Shown: positions 18,795 through 20,000 of the stretch, piece after piece
Position numbering within the stretch: the stretch's first letter is position 1
Layout: each line of letters begins with the position of its first letter
Assembly (NCBI RefSeq): GCF_004010195.1
Contig: NC_057718.1
Location: 9,342,366-9,362,365, forward strand
DNA: 20,000 nt
DNA from: Chiloscyllium plagiosum
Taxonomy: Eukaryota
Reading direction: 5' to 3'
The notes under the pieces: model-generated
Database searches by the model: none
Told to the model about the DNA's origin: nothing
The model's input: only the letters and a program-made list of their open reading frames with translations
Translations under genes and position numbers: made by a program

Positions 18795-19853
18795 TGCCCA
18801 GCCAACCCTGGCACTAACCTGGGGGGAACCACCGCTGCCCTACCTCCTGCAGCAACTGTGTCTCTGGGCCCCGGAGAGGGAACTGGGCCTCTGCCTGCCC
18901 GCCATCACCTGATAAACCAGGGGTGGGGCAGGAAGTGACACGGCTGACCCTCCCCACCCTGGCCACGGCCCCTGTCTTCCCCCAGCCAATCGTATTCTGG
19001 GAAAGGCTAGGGGGAGGGACCTCGGGCCCCATGACCACCAAGGTGGGCGGGAAGGGGAAGACCCATAAATTCCCCCCTGTCTCTCCAGGGGATGAGCCAA
19101 TGGTGCTTCTCGACTGTCCTGCACCGCGGCCTGACCTACCCAAATCCCCAGGGGCTACAGCAGGGCCTTGTGCTGCCTCAACTCCTCTGGCCCCTGGGGA
19201 GGGCTTTAATAACCATGTGGGCCGTGGTGCGGGTGACAACGGAGGACCCTCTGCTGGGTCGTCGAGCGGTGGAGGGGAGGAAGGTGTTATCCTTGCTCCT
19301 CCCTCCTCCCTCCCAGACTGTTTTTCTGGGGGCCTTGGCCCTGGGGGAGGATCTTTTTCCCGAGGAGCTGGGCGTCCCGGTGTCGGGAGAGGAGCGGGGC
19401 CTCGAGCCTCTGCCGCCCAACCACCCGAACTTGGGGTGTTCTGGGAAGGGGTGCGCTGAGGAAGGTACCGCTGGTGACCCTGGGGGTTTGAGGCCAGTTG
19501 GTGCCAGACCAGCCCCCATCCTCTCGGTGGGGGAGGGGTCGGTGACCGAGGGCGACCTCCCGGAGGGTTCGGGTTCGGGATCGGTGGCGGACACCGGGGA
19601 CGACGCGGACTCTGTCTGCAGTGACATTTTTGAGTCCCAGGTGCCCCCCACCGTTGTCCCCCTCATCCCCCTCGAGGAACTCTGGGAATTTGTTGAGGAA
19701 ACTCTGAGTCGCCGGGATAGAGCCCAACTGGCGCTCGACCGCTGCAGCTCCTTTGAAAGAGTTTACTGGTCGGCCCACGCTGCTCGCCAGGCGCCTGGGC
19801 TCAACATGAACGAGCGAAAGCGAGTCAGGAACTTCCTGGGGCACTCCTGGTGA
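18082..19853 (+). pseudogene. Tx1-clade L1 ORF1 (N-terminally truncated, disrupted)
   Basis: VVISNILPFIASELFLPHL...LGLKDPTL*HIYSFRHQVF (Tx1 ORF1 RRM-like motif); CCHC knuckle CHLCLEVGHIRKNC at 18327-18368; long Pro-rich linker; stops at 18205 and 18603 plus frameshifts. Confidence 0.88.
18757..18792. repeat. (CCGAGC)6 microsatellite inside Tx1 ORF1
   Basis: Six perfect units. Confidence 0.95.
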
Positions 19854-19949
19854 GGGCGAGGGACTTCTGTGCCCCTCCCTTGTCCCCCCAGTAAATGTAT
19901 ATATCGGTTTTTTAAACTGTACTGGTGGTGGTTGCACAATGCTTCCGAC

Positions 19950-20000
19950 ATGGAGACGACTATAGCCAGCCTCAACATCAACGGCACCGGGAAGTAACAG
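19950..20000 (+). pseudogene. Start of Tx1 ORF2 (APE endonuclease motif I)
   Basis: METTIASLNINGTGK* with a premature TAA at 19995-19997; S/T-L-N-I-N-G is the canonical L1/Tx1 endonuclease N-terminus. Confidence 0.85.

Noticed and set aside
18232..19987. Many long overlapping ORFs on both strands
   Set aside because: By-products of GC-rich Tx1 ORF1 sequence; only the + strand fragments carry recognisable motifs.

Overview
Repeat-saturated vertebrate DNA, almost certainly from an elasmobranch (shark/ray), judged by the HE1-type V-SINEs and HER1-type CR1 LINE 3' ends. No intact protein-coding gene is evident. Most of the window is nested transposon debris: about 12 CR1 3' fragments, 7 HE1-like SINEs, 4 DeuSINE-like copies, 3 copies of a MetaSINE-like family plus a fragment of its probable partner LINE, a TA-flanked Tigger/pogo-type MITE, a putative solo LTR, a decayed PIF/Harbinger Myb/SANT gene, and a dead Tx1-clade L1 element (18082 to end) preceded by a higher-order tandem repeat. 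The most interesting signal is a set of short Penelope-like-element (PLE) derived insertions carrying a minimal hammerhead-ribozyme motif (CUGAUGA-A-stem II-GAAACGUC). One copy is physically linked to a GIY-YIG C-terminus, several have target-site duplications (TSDs), and three hit the same ~50 bp segment of the MetaSINE-like family. A possible host-gene 3' end (two small + strand exons, 2490-2564 and 2734-2755) is unidentified. Family names come from recalled consensus sequences, not database searches, and repeat boundaries are approximate.
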